A stretch of 64,000 nt of DNA from a virus (IMGVR_UViG_3300021399_000001:5905-69904), one strand, 5' to 3'. Shown: positions 49,714 through 60,999, counted from the stretch's first letter. Notes: generated by a model from the letters alone, not told the origin. Numbers and translations are program-made.

Positions 49714-50790
49714 ATGGAAGTTAAAGTTGTAATTGGTGCAAATTACGGCGATGAATCTAAAGGACTAGTATCTGGATGTTTAGCGCGCGAAGCTATTGAA
49801 AACCAAAATAAAAAGGTTCTTACTGTACTTTATAATGGTACAAGTCAACGAGCACATACATATCAAAACAAGATTTATCGTCTTGAAGGCACTGGAGCAG
49901 CTCACGGTGCTGATACATTCTATCATCGTGCCTTCGTTGTAGATCCGATTATTCTTTGGCTTACCAAAACTACTCCTATTATTGACCCTCGTTGTAGGGT
50001 TATTTTTCCATGTGATGTTTTGTATGGACAAACACGTGAAAAGAGAGTACAGCACGGTTCTTGCGGGTGCGGACTTTTTGCCGCTGTTAAAAGAGCAGAA
50101 GCAATGCAAGAACCATATATAGTAGGAGATTTTTTTCTTCCTGAAAATCATGCTTTTTATCAGAAAATTCAATATACTGATAGATGGTATAATTATGAAC
50201 CAAATGAAATTCATAATTTAGCTAACTTTTTGCGTGCTGTTAAGTGGGTAAAAGAGAATTGCCGATTTTTACGTTTTGAAGATATAGTTGAACAATATGA
50301 TACTATTATTTTTGAAGGCGGTCAAGGTCTATTATTAGACCAGACGAATACTGGTGATTTTCCGCATCTAACTCCTTCTTCTACCGGCGGCCACTTTATT
50401 CATGATGACATTGAACAATTAGGTGTGTGCGCGGACCTATTTTATGTTTCGCGTTCTTATATGACACGTCATGGTAATGGCCCTATGGATAAAGAAGTTA
50501 AAAAGGAATGGATTAATCCAGATATTGTTGATTTAACTAATCAGCCTAATGAATGGCAAGGCACACTACGATATGGCCTATTAGATGTGGATAAATTAAA
50601 TACTCGTATAATTAGGGATGCGGCGCAATATAATTGTAATAAAACTATTAATATGGTTTATACGCATTTAAATTATACTGATAATAAATTAGCTTCTGTC
50701 CATGGTAAAATTAATATTATAAAACCAGATTTTGTAACTACAATGTGGGGATCGGATAAAAAAGATTTTATAGAAAAAATTGATGCTTGA
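49714..50790 (+). CDS. Divergent adenylosuccinate synthetase-like protein
   Basis: GANYGDESKG, FEGGQGLLLD, TRHGNGP; shorter than canonical PurA. Confidence 0.75.
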   Translation: MEVKVVIGANYGDESKGLVSGCLAREAIENQNKKVLTVLYNGTSQRAHTYQNKIYRLEGTGAAHGADTFYHRAFVVDPIILWLTKTTPIIDPRCRVIFPCDVLYGQTREKRVQHGSCGCGLFAAVKRAEAMQEPYIVGDFFLPENHAFYQKIQYTDRWYNYEPNEIHNLANFLRAVKWVKENCRFLRFEDIVEQYDTIIFEGGQGLLLDQTNTGDFPHLTPSSTGGHFIHDDIEQLGVCADLFYVSRSYMTRHGNGPMDKEVKKEWINPDIVDLTNQPNEWQGTLRYGLLDVDKLNTRIIRDAAQYNCNKTINMVYTHLNYTDNKLASVHGKINIIKPDFVTTMWGSDKKDFIEKIDA

Positions 50791-51173
50791 CTTTCTTTAA
50801 ATTCTGTGTTATAATATTTATAGAAAGTGAAAGGAAAGAATAATGTATGAAAATTGAAATGTCTGGCGCCTATTGTTCTAATCTTAGGGTATTTCGTATT
50901 AATGATATTGATGCGGATGTAGATGATTTTGGCATTAGTGAAGATAGTGAACCTTGGAACGCGCCAGAATATGGCTGCGGCAATAGACAGTTTCATCCTT
51001 ATGACGACCCGTCAGAAAATGTATTAGAAAAATATCACATTACTTATTATGAATGGACTAATATTTGTGATATATTATGTAGTGAACTTGACTGGGGAAG
51101 ATGCGCTTTATGTGAATAAATTTTGAAATTCTGTTATAATATTTATAAAAAATGAAAAGGAGATATTTATTCT

Positions 51174-51959
51174 ATGAATAAAAACGAGGTTTTTGCGCAT
51201 TTCTCTTCCATTTTGAATGATATGTTAGATACCTCTCTTTTCTTTGCAACTTTCTGGCAGGCCCCTTGTTCGTCAGAAGATTTTTATGGCAGTTATGATG
51301 ATGAAGCCTTGCCAGAGAATTTAAACATCAAATTTGGCGCGACCCGTGGCTGCATTATAGACGATAACTATGATTATGTTGTCAAATTTGATGTTGAAAC
51401 TGATGCTATGGGCTATGCCTGTGAGCGAGAAGAGCATCTCTATAATGAGGCCAGTCGTGAAAACCTCAATCAGTATTTTGCTGAATGTGTCTATCTAGGC
51501 ACTTATACCAAGGTCATTCATTTCTATGATTATTACGAAATTTCTCGTCATATAAATTGGTATGGATATGATTGGCGAGAATTTGAACAGGATTTTATGG
51601 CACATGAAGATGACTTTGGTGATATTCATGATATTGTTATCTCTGTGCCGCTTTACGCCTATCCAAAGGCTAAGCCGCATCGTCCTATGGGCATCGCGGG
51701 CACTCGTGATGACAATGAATACGTAAACAAAGCTCAGAAAATCTATAGCCCCATGCGTAATGAGAACCTCATTGTCGCAGTAGATTTTATTCGACAGTAT
51801 GGTGAAGAAGAATATCATCGTATCACTGATTTTCTCTTGCGCGAAAATATAAATGACCTTCATCAGAGTAATCTGGGAGATATTGACGGTCATTATATTC
51901 TACTGGATTATTCTGGTTATCATGATGGTTATAGTAACACTGATGAAGAAGATTATTAA
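51174..51959 (+). CDS. Protein kinase-like protein
   Basis: GATRG...VVKFD...CEREEHLY...DLHQSNLG...LLDY. Confidence 0.65.
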   Translation: MNKNEVFAHFSSILNDMLDTSLFFATFWQAPCSSEDFYGSYDDEALPENLNIKFGATRGCIIDDNYDYVVKFDVETDAMGYACEREEHLYNEASRENLNQYFAECVYLGTYTKVIHFYDYYEISRHINWYGYDWREFEQDFMAHEDDFGDIHDIVISVPLYAYPKAKPHRPMGIAGTRDDNEYVNKAQKIYSPMRNENLIVAVDFIRQYGEEEYHRITDFLLRENINDLHQSNLGDIDGHYILLDYSGYHDGYSNTDEEDY

Positions 51960-51972
51960 GAAAGGGTAAATT

Positions 51973-52803
51973 ATGATTGATAAAATGGGCGACCGTTTTA
52001 AGGCATATGAAAATTGCTATCGCATTTATCTTCCTAAACGACAGGTTGTAGTAGTGCGCGTTGATGGCCGTGCGTTCCATTCCTTCACTAAAGGTTTTGC
52101 GCGACCATACGATATTGTATTTGCTGAAGCTATGCAACAAACAGCGCTAAAGTTAGCAGAAAATATTTCTGGTTGTAAATTTGCATATACACAAAGTGAT
52201 GAAATTACACTTATACTTACTGATTTTGAGAATATTAATACTGAGCCTTGGTTCGGTAATAATTTACAGAAGATTGTAAGTATTAGTGCAGCAATGGCAT
52301 CTGTTTTCTTTAAAGAAAAATTTGTTGAATTAATTGAATGTGAATATGTTGATCATTATTTAGAGGGGAAAATTGGGGATGAAAAGCATCAATTACTAAA
52401 GAAACATAGCGAAGCATATAATAATAAACTATGCGTATTTGATAGTCGTACTTTTATTATTCCGCGTGAGGAAGTAGTGAATTGCTTATATTGGCGCCAA
52501 GCAGATTGTATTCGTAACTCTATTCAACTTTTAGGCCAAGCTAATTTTTCTCATAATCAACTACAAGGCAAAAATTGTAATGAAATTCAAGAGATGCTTT
52601 GGCAGGAAAAGGGCATTAATTGGGCTAATGAGCCTGGTTGGTTTAAAAATGGCGTAGCAATTTATAAGAAGCCTACAAAAGTGACACATATAATGCCAGA
52701 TGGCGTCACTACAACTATTGAACGCAATAAATGGTTTATTGATAAGAATATTCCTATTTTTACGCAAGATCGAGATTTTATTAATAAACATTTTAATTTT
52801 TGA
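51973..52803 (+). CDS. thg1: tRNA(His) guanylyltransferase, Thg1 family
   Basis: VRVDGRAFHSFT, YTQSDEI, FDSR and WRQADC motifs. Confidence 0.9.
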   Translation: MIDKMGDRFKAYENCYRIYLPKRQVVVVRVDGRAFHSFTKGFARPYDIVFAEAMQQTALKLAENISGCKFAYTQSDEITLILTDFENINTEPWFGNNLQKIVSISAAMASVFFKEKFVELIECEYVDHYLEGKIGDEKHQLLKKHSEAYNNKLCVFDSRTFIIPREEVVNCLYWRQADCIRNSIQLLGQANFSHNQLQGKNCNEIQEMLWQEKGINWANEPGWFKNGVAIYKKPTKVTHIMPDGVTTTIERNKWFIDKNIPIFTQDRDFINKHFNF

Positions 52804-52879
52804 GAAAGTTAGTCAATATTTGACTAACTTTTTAATTTATGGTATAATAATTATACAAAAGGAGAAAGGAAGAAATATT

Positions 52880-53308
52880 TTGAAAAGTGATAGCCATTTG
52901 TTTAGGTTGGCGCGAGAGTGTAGTTTTAAATCGGATTATAGCGGTGGAAGTCGTGCGCGAATAGGTGCTGTAATATCTTATAAAGGCACTGTGCTGGCAA
53001 AGGGTTTTAACACTGATCGCACGCATACTGACCAAGCTAAATACAACAGATGGCGTTATAAGGAGTGCGGAAATAATTATCTGCCTTCTAAGAATCACGC
53101 AGAAATGATGGCACTTTCCAAAATAAAATATTTGGATATTGACTTTTCAAAAGTTCATGTGTATGTTTATCGTGAGCTTAGAGACGGTAAATTGGGTATG
53201 GCAAGGCCTTGCCCGGCGTGTATGGCAGCTATTAAGCGGCTTGGCGTTAAGCACATTCATTACACAACTGATAGCGGTTATGCCGCGGAAAGGATAGAAA
53301 ATGTGTGA
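52880..53308 (+). CDS. Zn-dependent cytidine/adenosine deaminase-fold protein
   Basis: TTG start after AGGAGAAAGGA; NHAE and RPCPAC motifs. Confidence 0.8.
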   Translation: MKSDSHLFRLARECSFKSDYSGGSRARIGAVISYKGTVLAKGFNTDRTHTDQAKYNRWRYKECGNNYLPSKNHAEMMALSKIKYLDIDFSKVHVYVYRELRDGKLGMARPCPACMAAIKRLGVKHIHYTTDSGYAAERIENV

Positions 53309-56300
53309 GTATTGCGAAAAGTTAACGTTAATTGATCTTCCCAAAGCTGACGATGGTGAAAGTAGTTTTTCGGCATATATAGACCATAGAGGTGGTTATG
53401 GTTTGAAGTCTTATCATGTTCTTAATGTTAGTCATTTATTAGATTTAGGATACTGTGGAGATAAGTATTTTGAAGCAGATATTTTAATTAATTATTGCCC
53501 CTTTTGCGGGAGAAAGTTGAGTAATTAAAATGAAACCAGTAGCACAAGTCTTGTTCGGTTCCCAGAATTACCAGTTAGATGGTCCCGATTCTGACTTTGA
53601 TTATAAACTCCTCATGATGCCCGATTTCAATGATTTTTATAACTACCACAAGGTAGACAAGAATGATTTGCCTGAAGGCTATGATCCAGAGCATTACAAT
53701 GTTATGAGCATTCTTACTTTTGATAAGAATGTGCGTAAGGGAAATGTCAATGCTCTTGAAATGCTTTTCTCTCATTATGTTAAGTGTGTGGGAGCGGTTG
53801 AAGTTTATTTTGATGCCGCAAAAAGAGCTTATTCAGAAGGCTATCTTTTTACAGTGTGGGATAGTTTTATTGTGACGGTTGAGGGTATGATTAAGAACTC
53901 ACTTGACCGCTATGGTGTTAACCGCAAGTCTGCTTCGCGCGCGCTTTATCTTATCAATCTTTGCTATTTTGTAGCAGAGCATGACTTCGCTATGGATAAT
54001 ACAACTTGGGGAGAAAAACAAGTATTTACAGATGCTCGTGAACTTCGTTTTAATGAAGATAAGGAGCTTCCCACAAAAGAAGCAATTTTTGCAACTTTTG
54101 AAGATATGAAGCGCTTCGCAGATGAATGCCGTGATTATTATCGTCTTATGAACTCGCAATCAGAACTTGATTTAGTTGCTTTATGGGATGATGATTTAGC
54201 AAATTGTATGAAAAATGTAGTAAAGGAGTATTTAAAGAAAGAACTATGACACTTTTTAAAAATAAAAAGCAAAAAACTGCGCTAAATTATAGTTTAGACA
54301 AGGCATTAGAAACTGCACGATTGCGCGGCGAAAATTGCTTCTATTTCCCTGTATTGGATGGAGAATATGATAGAGTAAAGGCTTGGACAATAACACACCG
54401 CTTGATGTTAGAATTAAGTCATAAGCAAGATAATGATCTAGTATATAAAATTAGTGGAGTAGCATTATGAGAAGAGCACAATATGATGATGTTTATTATG
54501 ATTGGGTAGAAAACCGTGTATTTCTTGAATTTCTGGACTATGAAGATGAAGAATGTTTCGCGCGAACCCTCCATAGGGTTCATTATAGATAGCTATTCAC
54601 CTTATCAAAGAAATAACAATGTTATTTCTGTATTCAAAATACATGGAATGCCCTATTGTATCAGAGAAATAGATGAATTTAATTGGGGTCAACCTATTTT
54701 TCCTGAAAAGAATATAGATGATGACTTTGATAATTATTGCGTTTATGATACTATAGAAGAAGCGCAAGGGTATGTAAGATATTTAAAACAACTAGAAGGG
54801 AGCAGAATGTAGTATGTGTATGTATTGTGAAAGCGGCAAAAATTTTGATGTTTATTCTGATTTAGGTTTGCGCGCGAATATTGAAACCAGACGCGGGAAT
54901 CCTTATATTGAGTTTTGGGGTTCTTTAGACGCAGGATATTTTGGCTATGCTGATATTGATGGCGAGTTTGAAATTAATTACTGTCCTGTATGCGGCCGCC
55001 AGTTAGCAGAAGTAGCCGATGCGGAGTTTGGAGAGGTGCGAAATGAGCCTACTTAATGTTTTAAATGATTTTACTTATAGACCACGATACTATTTGAAGA
55101 AGCCTTGGCGTTTTTTTCAAGAGTGTTCTTCAAATCTTCAAGCGGCCTGGGCGCGTGCGACGAAAGGCCATGCTTGGCGTGATAGTGTAGAAATGGATGA
55201 GTTTTTACTTCACATTATTCCTTCCATGCTACGTGATGTTGCTAATGGAGACGCTTATCCAGGATTTGAGCCATTTGAAACATATGAAAAATGGCAAGAT
55301 TGGTGTAATTCATTAGCCGATGTATTCGAATCGGTTCAAGAAGAAAATTGGGATACAACCGGCCGCAACGAGTGGGAAGAAGAATGGGAGAAAGCGTTTG
55401 AAGTTCTACACCCACATCCTAATATTACTACTACTACTGAAATGACAGAAGCAGAAGCCCAAGAAATATGTAAAATGTATTTTGAGCGTGAAAAAGAATT
55501 ATCTGAAGAACGCGAAAAAATTATACGAGATGCTTATGCTGAACTAGCTAAATATCATGCTTGTCTTTGGATTTAAGGAGGAAAAATATTATGCTTTATA
55601 ATAAGGAAACTACTATTGCTATTATTGATTACCGTATTAATCTACTTCGCGCCCGCGGCGAAACTATGAATCTACGACTAATTAAGGCGCTGGAGCGCGA
55701 AAAGCGTAATCTTGAAGCCAAGTGTTAATACTTGACTTCTTTTTTATTTTTTGATATAATATATATAGTAAGAGAAAAGGAGAAAAATATATGTTTATTC
55801 TGAAGCTAGTTTGTTGTATTGGTGGCACTGTTATTCTCGCGGGCGTAGTAACTGCTTTTATGAATTGGTGGGAAGCGCGTCCAATTGTAGAAGAAAATGA
55901 ATCACCTTTTTATATCACTCGAACTTATAAGGAGATTAAAAATGACTACAATTAAGTGCCCTAATTGCGGCGCGAATAAATATATGGAGCGATATATTAC
56001 TCGTACAGCTATGTATTTTCCGCCCATTTATGAAAATGGTGTTAACATTAATCCTGATAGAAATATTTCTACACATATATGTCAATGTATGAACTGCAAT
56101 GAAGTATTTTCATATCAAGAACGGGGCGGTGAAATTATTGCGTGATTTTTTAATTATGGTTGGGAGTTGCATTATAGCACTCTTATGGCTATTTATTGTA
56201 TTGGTGGTTTTAGTTTTAATGATACCACTACTTCCAATTATCGCTATTATAATTGTATTTGAAGAATTATTTATGGGAGATAAATATGACTAAATGCGAA

Positions 56301-56789
56301 TGTTATGAAGTTACGACTGAAAATCGTGGAATAGTTGAATGCCGTTGTAATGGCACAAAAGAAAGAGAATTGTGTACTTGTGGCGGCGATAAGAGTAAAT
56401 GTAATTTTTATAATTTAGAAAAGCCTACAGTCGGCGAAGAAATTATGGACGCTGTTACTTTTCTTAAAGAAAAGAAGCGTATGTGTGATTATGAAGGTAA
56501 AGAAGGGCGTGGCTGTACTCATTGTCCAATTTTTATAAATCTTATCAAAGGGCTTGATTCTTGTGAAGATATAGGTGAAAAATATCCAGAAGAAGTAGTG
56601 AGACTAGTACAAAAATGGTCACACGAAAATCCTGAATATCCTACTTGGAATGAATGGCTACACTATATATATGACTATTATAATGGTTTTAGTAATTCAT
56701 TAGGCTTTATGGATTGGTTAAATACCAGAATTACTCAAGAAGAAGCAGACCATTGGAACATACCATATAGAAAGGACATAGTAAAATGA
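53301..56789 (+). CDS. Small hypothetical ORFs including paralogous Zn-ribbon proteins 53301-53528 and 54814-55056, plus 55034-55576, 55942-56145 and about 56287-56789
   Basis: MCxYCE...INYCPxCGR in both paralogs; ORF track. Confidence 0.6.
53530..54249 (+). CDS. DNA polymerase beta-superfamily nucleotidyltransferase
   Basis: LFGSQNYQLDGPDSDFD (GS...DxD); NALEMLFS. Confidence 0.8.
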   Translation: MKPVAQVLFGSQNYQLDGPDSDFDYKLLMMPDFNDFYNYHKVDKNDLPEGYDPEHYNVMSILTFDKNVRKGNVNALEMLFSHYVKCVGAVEVYFDAAKRAYSEGYLFTVWDSFIVTVEGMIKNSLDRYGVNRKSASRALYLINLCYFVAEHDFAMDNTTWGEKQVFTDARELRFNEDKELPTKEAIFATFEDMKRFADECRDYYRLMNSQSELDLVALWDDDLANCMKNVVKEYLKKEL

Positions 56790-57307
56790 AGGCACTAATT
56801 GTTATTGACGCACAGAATGATTTTGCACATCCAGATGGTGTTCTAACCACACCTGAAGCACAGGCTGCCGTTCCAGAAGTCAAAAAGCTAGTAGATACTT
56901 TTTTAGCGGCTGGAGATAATATTTATTGTACTAAAGATACGCATGATGAAAATTATCTTCATACGCAAGAAGGTCAAAAACTGCCAGTAGAACATTGCCG
57001 CCATGGTAGCTGGGGATGGGAATTTGTAAAAGAATGTGGTATTATAGAGGAAGAAGTCTATGTCCTTCCGAAGGAAACTTTTGGATTTGATAAATGGAAT
57101 TATGAGCCCTTTAATATGTATGATGAAATATATATTTGTGGATTTGTTAGTTCTATTTGCGTGGTAACTAATGCGCTCCTTATCAAGACTTTTTTCCCAG
57201 AAGTGCCAATTAAGTTTATTGCTTATGCAAGTGCCGGCCTGACACCTGAAAATCATAAGGCCGCGATTGAAGTTATGCGTTCGTGCCAAATTGAGGTAAT
57301 TGAATGA
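56786..57307 (+). CDS. pncA: Nicotinamidase (isochorismatase family)
   Basis: IDAQNDF, KDTH, PVEHC and GFVSSICV catalytic motifs. Confidence 0.85.
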   Translation: MKALIVIDAQNDFAHPDGVLTTPEAQAAVPEVKKLVDTFLAAGDNIYCTKDTHDENYLHTQEGQKLPVEHCRHGSWGWEFVKECGIIEEEVYVLPKETFGFDKWNYEPFNMYDEIYICGFVSSICVVTNALLIKTFFPEVPIKFIAYASAGLTPENHKAAIEVMRSCQIEVIE

Positions 57308-58119
57308 TTAAAGTAGATAGAGAAGAAGTTAAATTTAAGAACTTCAATGATGGTACTTTGAGATTACGATTTGTACCATATTCACTAGTAGGTGGATGTA
57401 CTATTACTTGGCTTTATAATTCTGATGAAGAAATGGCTGATTTGTATTTCCTTGTAAATCATTTGCGCGATAATTATAAAATTTCGTATTTAATTCTTGA
57501 AATGTGGTATGTCCCACACGCGCGAATGGACAGAATTAAGGAAAATGATGAATGTTTTACTCTTAAACATTTTTGTAAATTTATTAATTCACTTAATTTT
57601 AATAAAGTAAAAATTTATGATCCACATTCTAATGTTACTCCTGCATTACTAGATAGGGTTGAGGTTTATAGACCTACTCTTGAAATTAATGGATTATTAG
57701 ACACGTATAAAGATGCCACTTTATTTTTCTGCGATGAAGGCGGCGCCAAAAGATATAAGGATATTATTGGAGATAATTATTTCGCGTTTGGTGTAAAAGA
57801 CCGAGAATGGTCAACTCAAAACATTAATTCTCTTCAAGTTATGGGCGCGAAACATATGATTGCCGGGCATGATATTCTTATTGTAGATGATATTATTTCT
57901 CGTGGAAGTACGCTTTATCTCGCGGCAAAACAGTTAAAAGAAATGGGCTGTAATAAAATATATGTGTGGGCTTCACATTGCGAAAATACAGTGCTTGGAC
58001 CGCATCTTAATGGACAATCTCTATTAGATATTCCTGATCTAATAGAACATGTATATACTACAAATACAATCTATACTGAAAATCATCCTAAAATCACTGT
58101 AATTCGACAGTTTGAATAA
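57304..58119 (+). CDS. PRPP synthetase-like protein (Prs/Adps-type)
   Basis: FNDGT, YVPHARMDR, DPHS, DEGG, IVDDIISRGST and SH motifs. Confidence 0.85.
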   Translation: MIKVDREEVKFKNFNDGTLRLRFVPYSLVGGCTITWLYNSDEEMADLYFLVNHLRDNYKISYLILEMWYVPHARMDRIKENDECFTLKHFCKFINSLNFNKVKIYDPHSNVTPALLDRVEVYRPTLEINGLLDTYKDATLFFCDEGGAKRYKDIIGDNYFAFGVKDREWSTQNINSLQVMGAKHMIAGHDILIVDDIISRGSTLYLAAKQLKEMGCNKIYVWASHCENTVLGPHLNGQSLLDIPDLIEHVYTTNTIYTENHPKITVIRQFE

Positions 58120-58182
58120 TTGACATTTTGTAAAAAATAAGTTATAATATAAAGGAAGAAAAGAAAAGGAGAAAAATAAATT

Positions 58183-58635
58183 ATGAAGATTAATATTACT
58201 AAGGACAAGGCTCGATTTATTGTTAACAAGGACGCGCGCAAGGTAGTGTGTATTATTGACCACACTTCTGACCTATTTCTCGACTATGCCGATAAAAATC
58301 TAAAGATTGTTCCATATTGTGATAATGTCTGGAGTGGTAATCGTTCTCGTCTATATCTTAAGCTAAAGATGCCTAATAAGTTCGTTGGCATTGCTTCTTG
58401 TAATCCTGATGATGAGTTTTCTGTTGAAACTGGCAAGCTAATTGCTTTTTCTCGCGCGAAGGATAAGATTCATACCAGCTTCTTTAAGCGTGCGAATACT
58501 TATGTAAATACTCTTGATAATTGGCTTACTGATGCTGTAGAGAGTATTAATAGCTATGGCGCGAAGGTTGAAGCTAATACTGAGCGTCGGCATAATAAGA
58601 TCGCAGCCATCGTAGGTGAGCCTGATGGGGAGTAG
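58183..58635 (+). CDS. Hypothetical protein
   Basis: 150 aa; GIASCNPDDEFSVETGKLIAFSRA; own promoter. Confidence 0.7.
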   Translation: MKINITKDKARFIVNKDARKVVCIIDHTSDLFLDYADKNLKIVPYCDNVWSGNRSRLYLKLKMPNKFVGIASCNPDDEFSVETGKLIAFSRAKDKIHTSFFKRANTYVNTLDNWLTDAVESINSYGAKVEANTERRHNKIAAIVGEPDGE

Positions 58636-59161
58636 GATTATACTCCCCTATGGGGCGTCAGGTAATTATATTCAAAAAGCAATTCCGACCGATGAAAATA
58701 TAAAAGGGATTCGCTTTCCTTCTTTAGATGAATACTATGACGATAAAAGTTCATTGTATTCACTAGAGGAGGACTTTCCTATTTGGAACGCTATAGAACA
58801 GCAGTATCAGGAATGGTATAATTGGCGTACTACAGATGAAGAAGTTCGAAAATTCCTCGCGCCAATAGTCGATAGTAGTTATGATAATAATGGGCTGCCC
58901 ATCTTATGTTTCCCTCGTTTTAAGCCTTTGGTTGACGAAGCATTGGTATATGAGTATAACGAAGTAGAGAACTTAGTCACTTTAGGTATGCGTGCACAAG
59001 AGTGCGGCGTGCGCGAAGTAGATTTGGTAAATTTTTTGCGCGATTTGAATTGGGTTTGTGATTGTTTAGAATTAAATACAGATGATATTATTAAGAACCC
59101 ATCAAATATTGGGTATCATCCTGATTTTGGTTTAAGAATTATTGACTACGGATTAAATTAA
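58616..59161 (+). CDS. Degenerate kinase-like protein
   Basis: GSRIILPYG...SNIGY...RIIDYG, sharing terminal motifs with 29627 and 51174. Confidence 0.45.
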   Translation: MSLMGSRIILPYGASGNYIQKAIPTDENIKGIRFPSLDEYYDDKSSLYSLEEDFPIWNAIEQQYQEWYNWRTTDEEVRKFLAPIVDSSYDNNGLPILCFPRFKPLVDEALVYEYNEVENLVTLGMRAQECGVREVDLVNFLRDLNWVCDCLELNTDDIIKNPSNIGYHPDFGLRIIDYGLN

Positions 59162-59222
59162 AATATTCCTATTATATGTTCATTACTTATAAATAAGAAA
59201 GAGTTTATAAGGAGGTGGAGGT

Positions 59223-60712
59223 ATGCCAATAGTTTTAAATACCGCGCCAATTAATGTTAAAGATTCAGATGGAAATTATGTTACTTTAAATAGTTTTTCT
59301 ATGGATTCTTTAAATAATATTAAAAACCAGACACGTGATAGTATAACGGAAATAAATAGTGCTACTGAAAGTAAAGTAGCAGATATTGATACAGCAAAAA
59401 CAGAAGCTATAAATGCTGTTAATGAAACTATAAATGCTATTGATGAAGCTGTTAATGATGCAGTTGATGAGGCACTCAATAATGAGAGTAATGGGGCATT
59501 AAAACAAATAGATGATGCCAAAGATATAGCCATTAGTAGTTTAAAATTATTAAAGGTAGAAATATCTGCATATCACAATGATGAAAGTGGTTCAGCTACA
59601 TCATATAATACTGCTGGAATGACAGAAGATATGGCTCTAGTTCATTATATTATAGACGATCCCGCTTCATTAATAACAGATTTAAATATAATTACATCTA
59701 ATAATGCTGTAATTATATCAGGCTCCACTATAAAAACAATTAGTTTAATATTATATTTTTTGCCATTAAAGGAAACAATTTAAGGAGGGTAACATATGAC
59801 AAAAACTATTTTTTATACTACTCTAGAAAATCAAATTCGTGCAGATGGTAGTAAGGGATTATTATACGATCATTATGATAATTTACATGATGCATTAGCT
59901 AAATATTATACTATATGTGCCGCGGCTGTTAATAGTGATTTACCATATCATTCAGCGCATATTTTACGTTCAGATGGCGTTATAATTGAAGCTCATATTT
60001 TTGATAATCGTAGTCCTATTATTGAAGGAGGACTTAATTAATGGCAGAGTCTATAATTAAAGCAGGCCCTAATAGCTGGTCTACTTTTATAAAACAATAT
60101 TGCGCTGATACACCCACACCTGGATATGGTAGTTGGACGATCCATAACGATGGAAAAACTTTAAGATTAATGATGCCAACTGGTCTTTTTATTCCATATT
60201 CCTTCGGTAAAGATCTTAATTCTGAAACTCCTATAATTGATTTTTTGTCTGCTCAAATATCAAATAGTAATGGATATTTTAATTTTCATCAAGTCTTTAA
60301 GAATAATCAAAATGAAAAATATTTAACTTTTGGAAGTCCGAGTTATCAAGGTAAAAGTAATTCAAAACAAACAGCTATTATAAATAATAATACTATTGAA
60401 ATTTCACCAACACAAATATTCTCAAATATTTTAAATGAGGAAGGAGGAACTAAAGAAAGCTTTACAGACTCTATTAGTAGTAAACCTCCCTTTTATCCTT
60501 GTACAGCGCGTTTTTATACTAATGGAATATTTTCTTTAGATTTCAGAGTCCCTGAAAGTAGTACAAGTAATATACAAGATGTAGCGCAATGTAAGACACT
60601 TGAAAATGTACGTGAATATAGCTTTATGACAATAGGAGCTTATGGACATCTTTGGTATACATTAAATTTAAATGAGACCAAAATGAAATCATTATTACAA
60701 GTAATACAATAA
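59223..60712 (+). CDS. Three-gene block (59223-59783, 59796-60041, 60041-60712), possibly fibre/appendage related
   Basis: GGAGG RBS; first has a helical heptad-like middle, third is beta-rich; function inferred only. Confidence 0.5.
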
Positions 60713-60999
60713 AATATTTAATAATAAATTTTAATATCAGGATAAAATATATTATTATCCTCTTATTCTTATTACATATTTTACGAAAAGGAGTTTTTAT
60801 GAAATATTATTCAGAAGAAGAATATCTTGCTTCTCAAGAAGAAGCAAAACAACCTACTACTATTGAATTTGGTTGCGGATTTTGCTGGGACAAAAAGAGA
60901 AATAAGGAAAAAGAATTATTTTTCCTTGACAACGCAAATAATATGAGGGTATGTACTTATTGCCCTTCTTGCGGGCGCAAGTACAATGGAGACTAATTT

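Noticed and set aside
49714-50790. PurZ / 2-aminoadenine genome
   Set aside because: Retains Asp in GDESKG where PurZ has Ser, and no datZ/mazZ-like neighbours are seen.
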